DNA of 64,000 nucleotides from Rhynchobatus australiae. Lineage: Eukaryota. This document shows positions 13,135-25,189 of this stretch, in pieces; positions within the stretch are counted from its first letter, which is position 1; every line of letters begins with the position of its first letter. The notes beneath the pieces are model-generated. The model did not search any database. It was given only the letters and a program-made list of their open reading frames with translations, and was not told the DNA's origin. The DNA lies in contig JAUZTB010000064.1 of the NCBI GenBank assembly GCA_034780895.1, forward strand, positions 115,224,538 to 115,288,537, read 5' to 3'. The position numbers were made by a program, and so were the translations under genes.

Positions 13135-13212
13135 GAAAATAAAAAAAAACTGCAGATGCTGGAAAACTGAAATAAAAACAGAAAATACTGGAAACATTCA
13201 AAAGATCAAGCA
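13135..13212 (-). mobile_element. Penelope-like terminal fragment
   Basis: actgcagatgctggaaaactgaaataaaaacagaaaatactggaaac. Confidence 0.75.
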
Positions 13213-15589
13213 NNNNNNNNNNNNNNNNNNNNNNNNNNNNNNNNNNNNNNNNNNNNNNNNNNNNNNNNNNNNNNNNNNNNNNNNNNNNNNNNNNNNNNNN
13301 NNNNNNNNNNNNTAAAAATTAATTTATCTGCTCAAAAATTGTTCATAACAGACACTCGATATTTGCTCAAATTCGAAATTAATCTTTTTCATACCTAGAT
13401 TTAATTTTTTTACACGAAAATGTTTTTTATTGGGATATTACAAGTTGTTGATCGTCGTGTTATATAAAAGATATTCTAGGTACACGAAATTTATATTGAT
13501 GTGAAATGAATTCGTTGCAGTTTTACATCTTTACAGGTTTGAAATATAAATTCATTTTCCATTTCTGTAGCTTTTAATGAATTGGTATTCAAGTAAGTGT
13601 TATTTTCATGGAAAGTTCATGAGTTCATTAGTCCATGCCAACTCCAAATGACAAACGAACACCAATGTAGTCTTTACCATAATGACAGCAGGAGATTGTC
13701 TACTATGAATTTACAGGAAGACTGAGCCAACATGAAAAAAATACGTAAATACTTTATTACATTAGCGTTAAAATTTTCAAAAGATTGGTCTCCCTGTGCA
13801 CAGTTGCTGTTCCAGATTGTTATGGTATTAAATTGTAGAAACAAGATGTCTGTGATTGTGTAGTAGGATACTAACACACCAAGACGTTTGTGCAAAATCC
13901 TTCACACTGCCTATTATGACTGAGGTGTTAACCCATTTAACCGTTTAACATGAGTTAATGCTTCATTTAAATAGGTGATGGAATAATAAGCAAAAACACA
14001 TCAAGCATTTTCGGGATAATACTCCAACAAGGATTTCAGGCTCAATATCCCTGTGAATTCCAAAGTAAATAAAACATTTAGCAAAAGTTATTGGTTAACA
14101 TATTGCATTGTTACTTCTGGACATAAGTTTGAGGTTTGACCCTAGACCAGACTAACAGGAAGAAATCTTCAAAAGGGAGAAAACCTTCATAAAATGCCTA
14201 AGTATTATGGAACAGAACTATATAAATTATGTTATGTACATCCTAATCTATCAATTAGGAAACATTAGTTACGTTTCAAAAAGTACTGTCAAATTTTTTG
14301 CCAAACTGCAAAAGGTTTGATTTGAGCTCCTTCCATCCTTGGTCTGGACAAGTTATTGGAAGAGACTAATGTGTATTCCAGAATGTCTTCATTCACTGCA
14401 GTGGTACTTCTGAAAAGTCTGAGAGCTCCTACAAGGTCCCAGCCAAAAAAGCAATACAGCAATCACATGAAGTAGAAATCAATGTGATCTTCAAAGTAGG
14501 GAGAACTGTTGGTTTACTTTCCAGACATGGAGAAGCAATATTATCAGAGGTCTATTGAAGGAAATGTTACCATTCATTTAACCCATTGATTCCTTAATGA
14601 CAACAGACAGTCCAACTGATGTTCTGTTCCTCTTGTATTAGCTTAAAGCAAGTTCACCATTAAACTGACACGCATCTCGCAATAGGGTTTACCTTGTTTT
14701 TGTTACACTTAGCATGTCAAGCATTTAATGTTAACACCCAATCAAGTGCCTTGCAGGAAATCATAAAATATGCAAAAAATACATTCAGAATTGCATTATG
14801 GTGGTTTACATCCAGAAACATACTGAAGTGGGAACTGAATAGTTCCCAATAGGAACTCCATGAAAACATCCTGGGTGTCACACTGATCACTGTGTAGGAT
14901 TCAAACCTTAATATACCTCCTCCCATGGGAACCACAGAAGAGCTGCATTAAAGGCTGCCATGCAGTCGAAGGAAAATGTGAGGGATGGGGACGTGGTGAT
15001 CTTTTCTTTCTTTGGACACATCTACCATCTGCCTTAACATGCTGTGTTGCCATGAATAGCCCCACCTCACTACAACATCGGTCATGTAGAGATTGCAGCA
15101 TGTAACTCTGATATGCTTTGTCAAACAAGGAGGCAATCTATGGTAGAACAATCAGTGAACTCTGAGAAGTGAAACTGAGGGATGCTGTGTACAAGTTATT
15201 GAAGTATAAATGGAGACATTTTAACTGACATCCCATTGGCAATTTTAGTGCGATGTACGTCAAATTTTTTGNNNNNNNNNNNNNNNNNNNNNNNNNNNNN
15301 NNNNNNNNNNNNNNNNNNNNNNNNNNNNNNNNNNNNNNNNNNNNNNNNNNNNNNNNNNNNNNNNNNNNNNNTTTTGTGATGGTTCAACAATGGTTGTGGG
15401 TTGCTCTCAAAAATTCTGATTTATTTTGCCAAGCATTTGTGTTGGGCATGCCATTGGGTGTGCAACTAACCACTGGAAACTTCAGAAATGCCAAATAGAA
15501 TTGCATGTGGAAGTGACCAGGACCACAACTAGATGGATGTGGTTTCACCTGGAAATGATTACAAGGGTAATCTACCCCAAGTTAAATTA

Positions 15590-16865
15590 CCTTTAAGCAT
15601 TATATATTTGTGAAAAATGCCTGCTCATGCATCTAGTTTCTACACTTTAAACCTTTGCAATTTCAGTTTGCTCATCATCCCATCTTTTCTGACTTAACTG
15701 CCCTCAAGTCCTTAATCTTGCACTCCATGTTAACTTCTAAACCTGTGTCACTGAGTATCCCTTCAACCTCTTGACTTCTGTGGATTCAAGATCTTGATCA
15801 CTGACAAAGCAATCTTTGTTAATCATTTACAACCACTCCTCAAATCATACTATTTTCATCATTCACCTTTGAGGGAAAAACAAACTTCCTTTAGCTCCCT
15901 CACAATCTCACTCCTAAATTCACAACTTTGGCCCTCAAATTTTTAGGACAACAGCACTGTATTCAATTTGCTTGCTCTTTCTCTTTCCTGGGCATTCAAC
16001 ACTTCTGTCATTTTCAAATCAATCAACATTTCTTTGTTGGTTTGTCTGATTTAGCTCCTATATTATCTCTCTATTATCTTTATTCTCTCACATTGATTAC
16101 ATTAATGTTTTGATGTTTTTTAAGCCAAAAACATTTTGACTCATGATTTTGATTGATTTGTTTCTTGTGTTTGATATGGTCACCTCTGTCATCCTCCTCC
16201 AAAGTTTTACTTCCACTGCATCATTCCTGCTCATCGAAATGGACAGCAACTTCTCTTCCTTTCACTGCATTATTACATCTGAGATTCCCAAGAGATCTTA
16301 AGCCTCTTTCTCAGATGTTTCATTGACAGAAATGGGATCAGTTACAATCACCTCTGCTCATATTCAATCCTTTCTCTGCACTAACTTTCTCAACCTCTCA
16401 AATGCATTCATCTTCTCAGACTACAAGTCCAACATTAGGTCTCGGGTAAGTCACAATTTCGCCAGCTCAACAAGGTGAATACCAAAATCATCATTGTTTA
16501 CTCACCCCGACACACAGTGCTCTTTTACCATCGATCCTGACTCATCTCATTGGCCGTTCTCTGGGCCTAAATTAAATCTCCCTTTTCCCTTGCACCTTAT
16601 TAATCTAAGATTTAAATGTTCATCTCCATATTCTGTCCAGGAAAACTGTTTCCTCCCTTCTCTGGATCATTGCTGTTATCTCACCTTACTTTGGTCTCCT
16701 CAATGTTGAAACACTGTGCATGTCTGCATTGCCACTTATATTCTCGACCGACTGGAAAAACCAACTTCTTCAAAATTGTGCAGTAAATATCCTGCCTTGC
16801 ACAGGATACCGCCTTGTCCTACTACCACTTCCTTAAAGTTCTCAATGTTACTGACCTGCTCTGGA
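15590..16865 (+). mobile_element. Highly eroded L2-like LINE
   Basis: Pyrimidine-rich; remnants such as catcctcctccaaag, gagattcccaagagatc (GVPQGS-like) and tgtgcatgtctgcattgccactt. Confidence 0.45.
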
Positions 16866-17319
16866 ATCTTATTTTCCAAAATGTGTATGTCGATGGTGGG
16901 CTGGTGGTGTGGGGTTGTGGGGGGGGGGGGGGGAATGTTATGGNNNNNNNNNNNNNNNNNNNNNNNNNNNNNNNNNNNNNNNNNNNNNNNNNNNNNNNNN
17001 NNNNNNNNNNNNNNNNNNNNNNNNNNNNNNNNNNNNNNNNNNNGGTTGTGGGGGGGGGGGGGGAATGTTCTGGATAAAAGCATAATCCCAATTACTAAAT
17101 TAACTTTCCATATTCTTTGCATCCTTTTCATTTGAACCTTTCCTACTTGGATATGCTACACTCTGTACTTGCTATAGATTGCAAGTAGCAAGGACTCACA
17201 CTGATCTTTGTGACACCCCACTGGTGATGGTTCGAAACAGGTCAGAGACTCATACAGCATGGTGGTGCATTTAACTGTGCTAGGTCTTGTTCCACTTTCA
17301 CCACAATGTATACTCCCTC

Positions 17320-17357
17320 CAATCCTGAAGAAGGGTCCAGACCCGAAATGTTGACCG
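17320..17357 (+). ncRNA. Minimal type I hammerhead ribozyme motif (PLE-associated)
   Basis: CUGAAGA (17325-31), extra A, stem II GGGUC/GACCC (17333-44), GAAA (17345-48), UG-UU, degenerate stem I CAAUC/GACCG. Confidence 0.7.
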
Positions 17358-17457
17358 CCTGCTTTTCTCCATGGACGCTGCCTGGCCTGCTGAGTTCCTC
17401 CAGCATCATTGTGTTCTTCATCTGGATTCCAGCATCTGCAGTCCTTTGTTTCACTCC
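17320..17457 (+). mobile_element. Solo Penelope-like terminal repeat unit
   Basis: ctgaagaagggtccagacccgaaatgttgac..gctgcctggcctgctgagttcctccagca..ttccagcatctgcagt. Confidence 0.85.
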
Positions 17458-18139
17458 CTCCAATCTCATTTTGTTTCCCATGAGATCTGAAGGCAATGTC
17501 ATCAGAATGAAACAGGGACTGGAAAGGTTTATTTATGATGGCACTAGTTTGCTACATCTAAAGAAAGAAGATTTAAAGAGGATTTAACTGAAGTTTGTCT
17601 CCATTCATGGGGTATGGCTGTGACAAACAAGACCACTATTTACAATGAATATTATACAGCGGAGCATTTCTCAAAGAGCCAACAGTCATTCCTGGATGCT
17701 ATGAGACAGCTGCCAATGAAAGAGAATGGCTTTCTGATGAAAAAGATTTTTACACATTTCCTGCTTTCTGATATTTTGATCCCCTGAAAAGAACCCCAGC
17801 ATCTAACCCCAGCTCCAGCAACAGAGTTAAAGAAAACTTCCAGAAATCAAAGTTCACATCAGTAACTATTGCAGCAGAATGTTCAGCATGTTTTTCATAT
17901 TATTTTGTCTGGAATGTCTAATTGCTTGCGAGAAGGTGGCGGGGAGCTGTCACCTTTAACCTTTGCAGTCTGTGTGTGGAGGGTGAAAAACAAAAGAAAT
18001 ATAAGCAGAAGTAGACCACGTGTTCCTTCCATCCTGCCCTGCCATTCATTAAGTTCATGGCTGATCCTCTAGCAACTCTAGTTCTCCCCTTTCTCGACAA
18101 GATTTCTTATCCTTGATTCCTTTATGCAGATGTTGTCAA

Positions 18140-18435
18140 CAAGACTAGCATCCATTGCCCATCTCTGATTGCCCTGAACTGAATAGATATTCAAACACAT
18201 TGGTGGATCTGGGGAAGTACTGGGCCATAGTGGATAAGCATCATGGGATTTCTTCTCCCAAGGTCATTGTGACTCAAATGGATCTTGGTTCCTTTTTTAC
18301 CATTACTGCAATTAGCTCTCTCTTCCAGATTTATTTAATTACATGGTCAAACTCCCTAGCTGCTCTGCTGGGACTTAAACTCAGGCCTCCTGCTCAGAGG
18401 TCTAGTTTTCTGCATAATAGCGCAGTCCTAGTCAC
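18140..18435 (-). mobile_element. Old tRNA-derived SINE
   Basis: gcatccattgcccatctctgattgccctgaactg tail and gggacttaaactcagg B-box remnant; related plus copy at 27015-27250. Confidence 0.55.
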
Positions 18436-18599
18436 TTATTTCCCATTGCATCCTCATTGTATCCCTCTCATTGGAACTTTTCCTACTTAGATTTGGATAT
18501 GTTACACTCTGTACTTTCCACAAAACCATTGCTATAAATTGCAAGTAGCAAGGACCCATACTGATCTTTGTGACACCCCACTGGTGATTGCTCAGAACA

Positions 18600-18930
18600 G
18601 GTCATAGAGTCATAGAGTCATACAGCATGGAATCGGGCCCTTCGGCCTAACTGGTCCATGGAGACCAAGATTACCACCTAAGCTAGTCCCATTTTCCTGT
18701 GTTCTAAACCTTTCCTATCCATGTAGCTGTCCAAGTACTTCTTAAATATTGTTAATGCACATGCCTCAACCACTTCCTCTGGTAGCTCATTCCATATACT
18801 GATCACCCTCTGGGTGAAAAAGTTGCCCAGAGGTTGTTCAGGTTCCTATTAAATCTCTCCCCTCTCACCTTAGACCTATGCCCTCTAGTTCTTTATTCCC
18901 CAACCTTGGAAATAAGATTGTGTCCATTCC
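18600..18930 (-). mobile_element. CR1/HER1-like LINE 3' end
   Basis: catagagtcatacagcatgg..ggcccttcggcc tail; reverse complement of 45300-45657. Confidence 0.9.
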
Positions 18931-19750
18931 GTACTCCCCAGTGATGTTGTAGGTAGTTCTAGGATTTCTCAATGAAGGAAGAAAGGCAATGCATACACAG
19001 GACAAGACGGTGCATTCATTGGAGATGATTGAATTCCCTTGGCTGTTGAAATGTTCCTACCAATTGGTGGAGGTCACATGTTTGGGAACTATTGATGAAG
19101 ATGTCATAGTGATTTGATGCTCTGCATCTTGTAGATGGTGCACAATGCAGCTGCAATGTTTTTGCTAAGGAGGGAGTGAAATGGGGTGCTGATTTCCCTT
19201 GTTTTAGACATGACTCCAGATAGTGGAGCATTTTTGCATTTTCCTCCCCAATTGATATCTGTTTTACTCTTGCTCCTCGATCCCACGCCTTATTAAATGT
19301 TGCCTTGTCGTCTAGAGTAGTCACTCTCATCTCATCTCTGGAATTCAGTTCTTTTGTTCAGGTCGTAGGGGTGTAAGTGAGGTCTGGAGCCAGGATGTAA
19401 ACTATGTGCAGGTTATCAGTAAGTATATGCCTTATGACAGAATTGTTGACAACATCTTTTATCATATTCCAAAAGATCAAGCAAGCTGATAGAGTGGCAA
19501 TGAGTCAGATTGGGTTGGTTGGGCATTTTCTAGACAAGGTTTACCTGGAGGCAATTTTCTACTTTGTCAGCTGTAGAGGAACAGGAGGCATCTGAAAGGG
19601 CAGGTCACTTGTGTGGCTAGAATCTGAGGAGAAAATATTCAATACAACATCTGGAATGTTGTCAGGGTCCATGCCCTTTGTAATATCCCATGCAACCAGC
19701 TGTTTTTGATACCACATGAAGTGAATTGAATGGACTGGAGACTGGCTTCT
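18930..19750 (-). mobile_element. Ancient CR1-group (Zenon-like) LINE fragments
   Basis: Homologous to 27270-29070 and 47500-48190; includes a KGMDPDNIPDVVL motif (KAxGPDxIP). Confidence 0.6.
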
Positions 19751-19769
19751 GTTTAGGTATTTTAGATTA

Positions 19770-20105
19770 TTGTAGGATTTTATGGGATAGATGGATAAAA
19801 AAAAATGACTTCCTCGAGGGAGAAAACAGAACAAAGGAGTACGACTTTAAAAGGTGCAACTTGGCCCATTTCAGAGTTGTTACTGAAGCAATTTGCTAAA
19901 CAGGGTGCTGGAAACTGAGGATCCTCTCCCGTTACACCACCTTCCTTCCACAGAATGCTGCTGAGGCTCTGTCCATAGCAAGACTCAAAACTGGCTTAGG
20001 CAGGAATATTAGGGTAAATGGAGTTAACACACACACACATCAGCTATGATCTAACTGAACAGCCAAACAGTCTCAAGGAGCAGACTGACTTATTCTTGTC
20101 CTATG
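19770..20105 (+). mobile_element. Degenerate CR1-like 3' fragment
   Basis: aggtatttagattattgtaggattttatggg..cagctatgatctaactgaa..ttcttgtcctatgttc. Confidence 0.55.
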
Positions 20106-20511
20106 TTCAATCATTTTGTTGCACTGCTTCTGTCCTTATGGGGTTTCCCTGTCCCTTTCACCTAGAAAATCTGCCTTGGATTGATAATAACAAACAAGCT
20201 GTGCAGCAGCATTTGCATGTTTTACTCCATTTCTGAAACATTGGTTCCATAGAAGTCAGAAGTTTAGTACATTGTGCAGATGCTGCTATGTCACACAGTT
20301 AGCAGAAGCCGTCTGAAGATGAGGTAGCCATACTTTTGGCAATGTGTTATTACTCTCTGGAGATAGCCACTAATACTTCTTCAACTTCTTGTCCCTCTTT
20401 AAAAGTTACTTAAAACACAGCTGCCTCTTTTCATGTTTACTGGATCTACTAGCTTTTTTTTCTGATTAAATTGGTGCCACAAAGACCAGAAATGCTCTTG
20501 ACAAATTCTAC

Positions 20512-21250
20512 TTCTTAGGCAGTCCTTTTGGGATTGAGGATCAATTGTTCCCACTCAGGTTCTGTGGGTTTTGAATTGAGTGTTGATCCCAGATTCTGCC
20601 CCAGTTAGGGCAGGAGATACCTGGCAGGGCAGGTGGGTGGGCAGTTAGTAAGGTGGTCCACTCTTCCACCTTTTACACATAGTTTCCACTCCTGACGCAT
20701 ATATTCAATGTTCTTATCGTCATCCTGAATGCTCCATTTCCATTTAGAGTGATCATGTGCCAGGGATTCTCAAGAGTCAGTGAGGAAATATTTTATCCAG
20801 TATGTTTGAAGGACATCCTTGAATTCTTTCTTGGGCCCCTTGGTAATATCTTGCTGTAATGTAGCTCAGAATAGACTGTTGGTTTGGGATCTGGTATCAA
20901 ACATGTAAACAATGTGGTCTGCCCAGTGCTACTGAAAGAGTGTAATTAGAGCCTCCTTGATGAGGTAGCTGATATTGCTTCGCTTATATTGTTTTGCTTT
21001 TGTTGGATTTGGAGAATTTTGTAGAGACAGCATTGGTGGTAATTCTCCAGTGCTCTGAGTTGACTGTTGTAGATGGTCTACCTCTCAGAAGTGTACAGGA
21101 AAGCAGGGATCATTACTACTCAGAAGACAATGAGCTTTGTGCCGGAGTTGACGTCTTAATCTTCAAACATTCCTCAGAGGCTGTGCTGATGCACTGAAAA
21201 AGCTGTGGTGAACCTTTTTATTATTGACTGCCTTCACTGAGAGGTGATTC
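20512..21250 (-). mobile_element. RTE-clade LINE 3' portion
   Basis: Reverse complement is homologous to 4692-5110 (WADHIV..PDPKPTVYSEL..EFKDVL). Confidence 0.8.
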
Positions 21251-21254
21251 TGTC

Positions 21255-22125
21255 AATAGCAGAGTTATGGATAGTGAGGAACATTGCCAAAGGATTCAAC
21301 GGAATATAGACCAGTTGGAAATGTGGGCAGAGGAATGGCAGATGGAGTTGAATCTAAACAAGTGCGACATGTTGCACTTTGGGAGGTCAAATACAAGAGG
21401 AAAGTTTACAGTAAATGACAGGACCCTTAACAGTATTGATGTACTGAGGGATCTTGGGGGTCAAGGCCACAACTCCCTGAAAGTGGCAACACAAGTAGAT
21501 AGGGTGTAGGGATAGTAGATAAGGATAGCATATTTTCCTTCATCGTTTTGGGTGTTGAGTATAGAAGTCCAGCAGCCATGTTGCAGCTGTATAAAACTTT
21601 GTTTAGACCATATTTGGAGTAAAGTGTTCTGGTTGTCACATGACAGGAAGAACACGGAAGCTTTGGAAAGGGTGCACAAGGGGTTCACCTGGATTAGAGA
21701 AGTATTATTTATGAGAAGTTGGACAAACTTGGATTGTTTACTCTGCAGCATCGGAGGCTGAGGGGAGATCTGATAAAAGTACGTAAAATTATGAGAGGCA
21801 TAAACAGGGCAGATAGTCTGAGTCTTTTTCCCAGGGTGGAAATGTCATATACTAGAGGGCATAATTTTAATGTGAGAAGGAGAACGTTTGAAGGAGATTT
21901 ACGAGGCAAGTTTTTTCACATAGAGAGTTGTAGGTGCCTGGAATATGCTGTAAGGGAGGAAGGTGGAAGAAGATACAATAGCAACGTTCAAGAAGCTTTT
22001 GGATAGACACATGAAATGGCAGGAAATGGAGAGATAGACCATGTGAAGGCAGGCAGGATTAGTTTAATTTGGCATCATGCTTGGAACAGACATTGTGGGC
22101 CAAAAGGCCTGTTTCTGAGCACTAT
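21255..22125 (+). mobile_element. CR1/HER1-like LINE 3' end
   Basis: DSEEHCQRIQRNIDQLEMWAEEWQMELNLNKCDMLHFGRSN; LGLFTLQHRRLRGDLIKV..TRGHNF; tail gggccaaaaggcctg. Confidence 0.93.
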
Positions 22126-22559
22126 ATGGAATTTGAAGCATGAATTTCAGTGTCCCATTGCGAAGCTTTATTGTCAGAAGATGGTGTTGTACAGCTGGAA
22201 CAGGTTGGTTCAGGGCCTTTGCTTAGCAGATATAAAGTTTAAGGCCCTTTTTTTTTGTCTCCTTCAGTGAAGAATTTGATGATGACTTGGACTTTAGCCT
22301 CCAAATATGTGCACATCAATGAATGAAGTTGGCGTGATTTTGTTCTGAACTGTAGGTTGGGGTCCAGTAAATTAGCTCCATTCCAGCAGGGAGCTTGTCG
22401 GAAATGGGGCACAGCATTGCTGCAAGAAAATGTTACCCTGCTAAGATAGTTTTTATTAGTGCTTCATAAACCTGGCAGCTCCTTAACAGCAGGAACTGCA
22501 AAGTATTTACAATGTCTGGAGTGGCCTGAACTCCACCATAATTAGCACTCTGTGAAGAG

Positions 22560-23450
22560 GTTGCAGATGATACCACCATTGTGGCAGTATCTCAAATAAC
22601 AATGAGTCAGAGTACAGGAAGGAGATAGAAAGCTTAGTGACATGATGTCATGAAAACAACCTTTCCCTCCAAAGTCAACAAAACAGAAGAGCTGGACATT
22701 GACTTCAGGAAGGTGGGGAGGTGGTGCACATGTTCCTGTCTACATCAATGTTCCTGTGGTCAAGAGGGTTGAGAGCTTCAAGTTCCTAGGAGTGAACATT
22801 GCTAATAGCCTGTCCTCATCCAGCCACATAGATGCCATGGCCAAGAAAGTTCACTAGCGCCTCTACTTCCTCAGGAAGCTAAAGAAATTTGGCATGTTCC
22901 CGTCGACCATCACCAATTTTTATCGATGCACCATAGAAAGCATCCTATCTGGGTGCATCATGGCTTGGTATGACAACTGCGCTGCCCATAACAACAAGAA
23001 ACTGCAGAGAATTGTGGACAGAGCTCAGTACATCACGGAAACCAACCGCCCATCCATGGACTCTGTACTTCTTGCTGCCTCGGTAAAGCAGCCAGGATAA
23101 TCAAAGATCCCACCCACCACAAACATTCTGCTTTGTCCCCTCTCCCATCAGGCAGAAGATATAAAAGCCTGAAAGCACGTACCACTAGGCTCAAGGACAG
23201 CTTCTATCCCACTGTTATAAGACTATTGAATGGTTCCCAAGTACAATAAGATGGACTCTAGACCTGACAATCTACTTTGTTATGGCCTCGTACCTTATTG
23301 TCTGTCTGCACTGCACTTTCTCTGTAACTGTGACACTATTCTGCATTCTGTTATTGTTTTATCTTGTACTACCTCAATGTACTTGCAATGAATTGATTTG
23401 TATGAACGGTATTTCAATAATAAACCAATTCAAGTTCCAATTCCAATTCC
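22560..23450 (+). mobile_element. Rex1/Babar LINE 3' ~0.9 kb
   Basis: Starts at ADDTT; FYRCTIESILSGCI; tail caataataaaccaatt..ccaattcc. Confidence 0.93.
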
Positions 23451-23454
23451 AGCA

Positions 23455-23700
23455 GTGATTTAATGAGAATAACCAAGAGATCCAGGAGCTGATTATCGAC
23501 AAGTGCAAGGCATTCCTGGATTAGAAACTCCACCACATCTCCAGGGGAAAGAAGCAGCTCTTTATGCACCTGAAGGCTAAGATCCAACAGAAAATCCAAG
23601 AAAAACAAAGAACTACAGATGCTGGAATCTAGATGTTTCACATGGCTGTGAAAATCCAAGACCTGAAAACCAGATTGTGGGTGAAAATACTGCAGGACCT
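23455..23700 (+). mobile_element. RTE LINE internal fragment
   Basis: ENNQEIQELIIDKCKAFL..IQDLKTRLWV resembles the RTE EN-RT linker WFDENDQEIQEL. Confidence 0.6.
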
Positions 23701-23789
23701 CATTACCCGCATCTTAGACGTAGACAACATACCAGGAGATCCCAGACAGACTGTAAATGGGAAGCAAAGTAATTGCAGCCATTAGAAGT

Positions 23790-24305
23790 TAGAAATATAA
23801 ACAGAAAATGATGGAAAAACTCAGCAGGTCAAGCTGGAAAGAGAAATAGTTATTTTTTCAGGTCTGGAACTCTTCATCAGAACTGAGAAAGAGAGAGTTA
23901 GTCTCAGTAGAAGAGAAGGTAGGAAGGGGCTGTTGGAATAAAGGGATTTTGTCTGGAAGGTGAAACAGTGTGGCAATTAAGGAGCAATTAAAATCATATT
24001 AAGTCCCTTTGTCTGTGTACTGTGTTGCTGATGTTGTGTAGTCCTTGTAATGTTGTATAGTCTGGCCTACCGAGACATGCCCAGTAGGCCAGACTATACA
24101 ACTGGTCGGCAAAAATGCCAGTTCTCATACAAGCAGAAAGAAAGACAGACTAATCTGAAGTTGGCGAATTCAGTACTGAGGCCCGCAAGCTACAACATGC
24201 CCAAACAGGAGATGAGGTTCTGTTCCTTTAGCTTGCATCGGGCCTCATTGTAACAGTGTAGGACGCCACAGACAGAAAGGAGGGAGTGGGAGTAGGATTG
24301 GGACA
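23790..24305 (-). mobile_element. Penelope-like element 3' end with hammerhead motif
   Basis: Minus-strand LHCYNEARCKLKEQNLISCLG..GLSTEFANFR (PLE C-terminus); cagttCTGATGAagagttccagacctGAAA at 23885-23855. Confidence 0.85.
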
Positions 24306-24311
24306 AATCTG

Positions 24312-24780
24312 ATTGTGGCAACTCATTGCCAGGATCCTCCTCAACACATTCCTCTCAGTGGCCAAAGAGTTGCTCCCCAAATTGCTGTGTGAACTCTGTC
24401 CATCTTATGGGCACAGTGGACCTGATGTGCATCATTCAACAACTCCTTGAAAAGTAGAGTGGAATCAACGAATGTACCTGGCCTTTTTTGACCCCACAAA
24501 AACCCTTGATTCTGTCATGTAAAAAGGTCTGTGAAGCATTCCCTAAAAATAAACAGCCCAGAGAAACTTATCTTCATTTTACAGCTGCCTCATGATGGCA
24601 TTCAAGTCATGATCCAAACTAATGGGGCCACAACAGATATAACCTCCTTGTACACTGTTATTAAGCAAGGCTGTGTCGTTGTCCCAACACTTAATTCATG
24701 TCAGCAGGCTACTGACAGCAATCAATTCTTTTCTGCTGTACTTATCTACCAAATAAAGGTCACTAAGGTTCACTTTCACT
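24312..24780 (+). mobile_element. RTE LINE RT fragment
   Basis: ARILLN..GTVDLM..YLAFFDPTKTLDSV..PEKLIFILQLPHDG..IKQGCVVVPTL. Confidence 0.85.
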
Positions 24781-24889
24781 GAGTCAAATGGCTCAAAATT
24801 TGCTTCTTCACTTGGCAAAATTGGCTTTGGCAGTGCAATAGATGCCAGCAGCTCACCAGCTTTTTCAGTTAGTGAGGGCGATGACTTAA

Positions 24890-25189
24890 GATATAAGATA
24901 TTTATTTATTAATCACATGTACTTCAAAACACACAGTGAAATGCATCTTTTTGCATTACTGAGAATGTGCTCGGAGCAGCCCGGGAGTGTCGCCAGTCTT
25001 CTGGCGCCAATATAGCATGCCCACAGCTCCTAACCCGTACGAGCCATGGGAGGAAACCAGAGCACCTGAAGGAAACCCATGCAGACACATGGGGAGAAGG
25101 TACAAACTCCTCACAGACAGCAGCGGGAATTGAACCCTGGTCGTTGGCACTGCAATAGCGTTACGTTAACCGCTACACTACCGTGCCGC
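24890..25189 (-). mobile_element. V-SINE (tRNA head + V domain) with Rex1-like tail
   Basis: Head gcggcacggtagtgtagcggt..ggttcaattccc (A/B boxes); V-domain tgggaggaaaccagagcacctgaaggaaaccc; tail tttcactgtgtg..gtacatgtgattaataaa. Confidence 0.9.

Noticed and set aside
25100-25189. tRNA-like A/B boxes
   Set aside because: SINE head without a cloverleaf, not a tRNA gene
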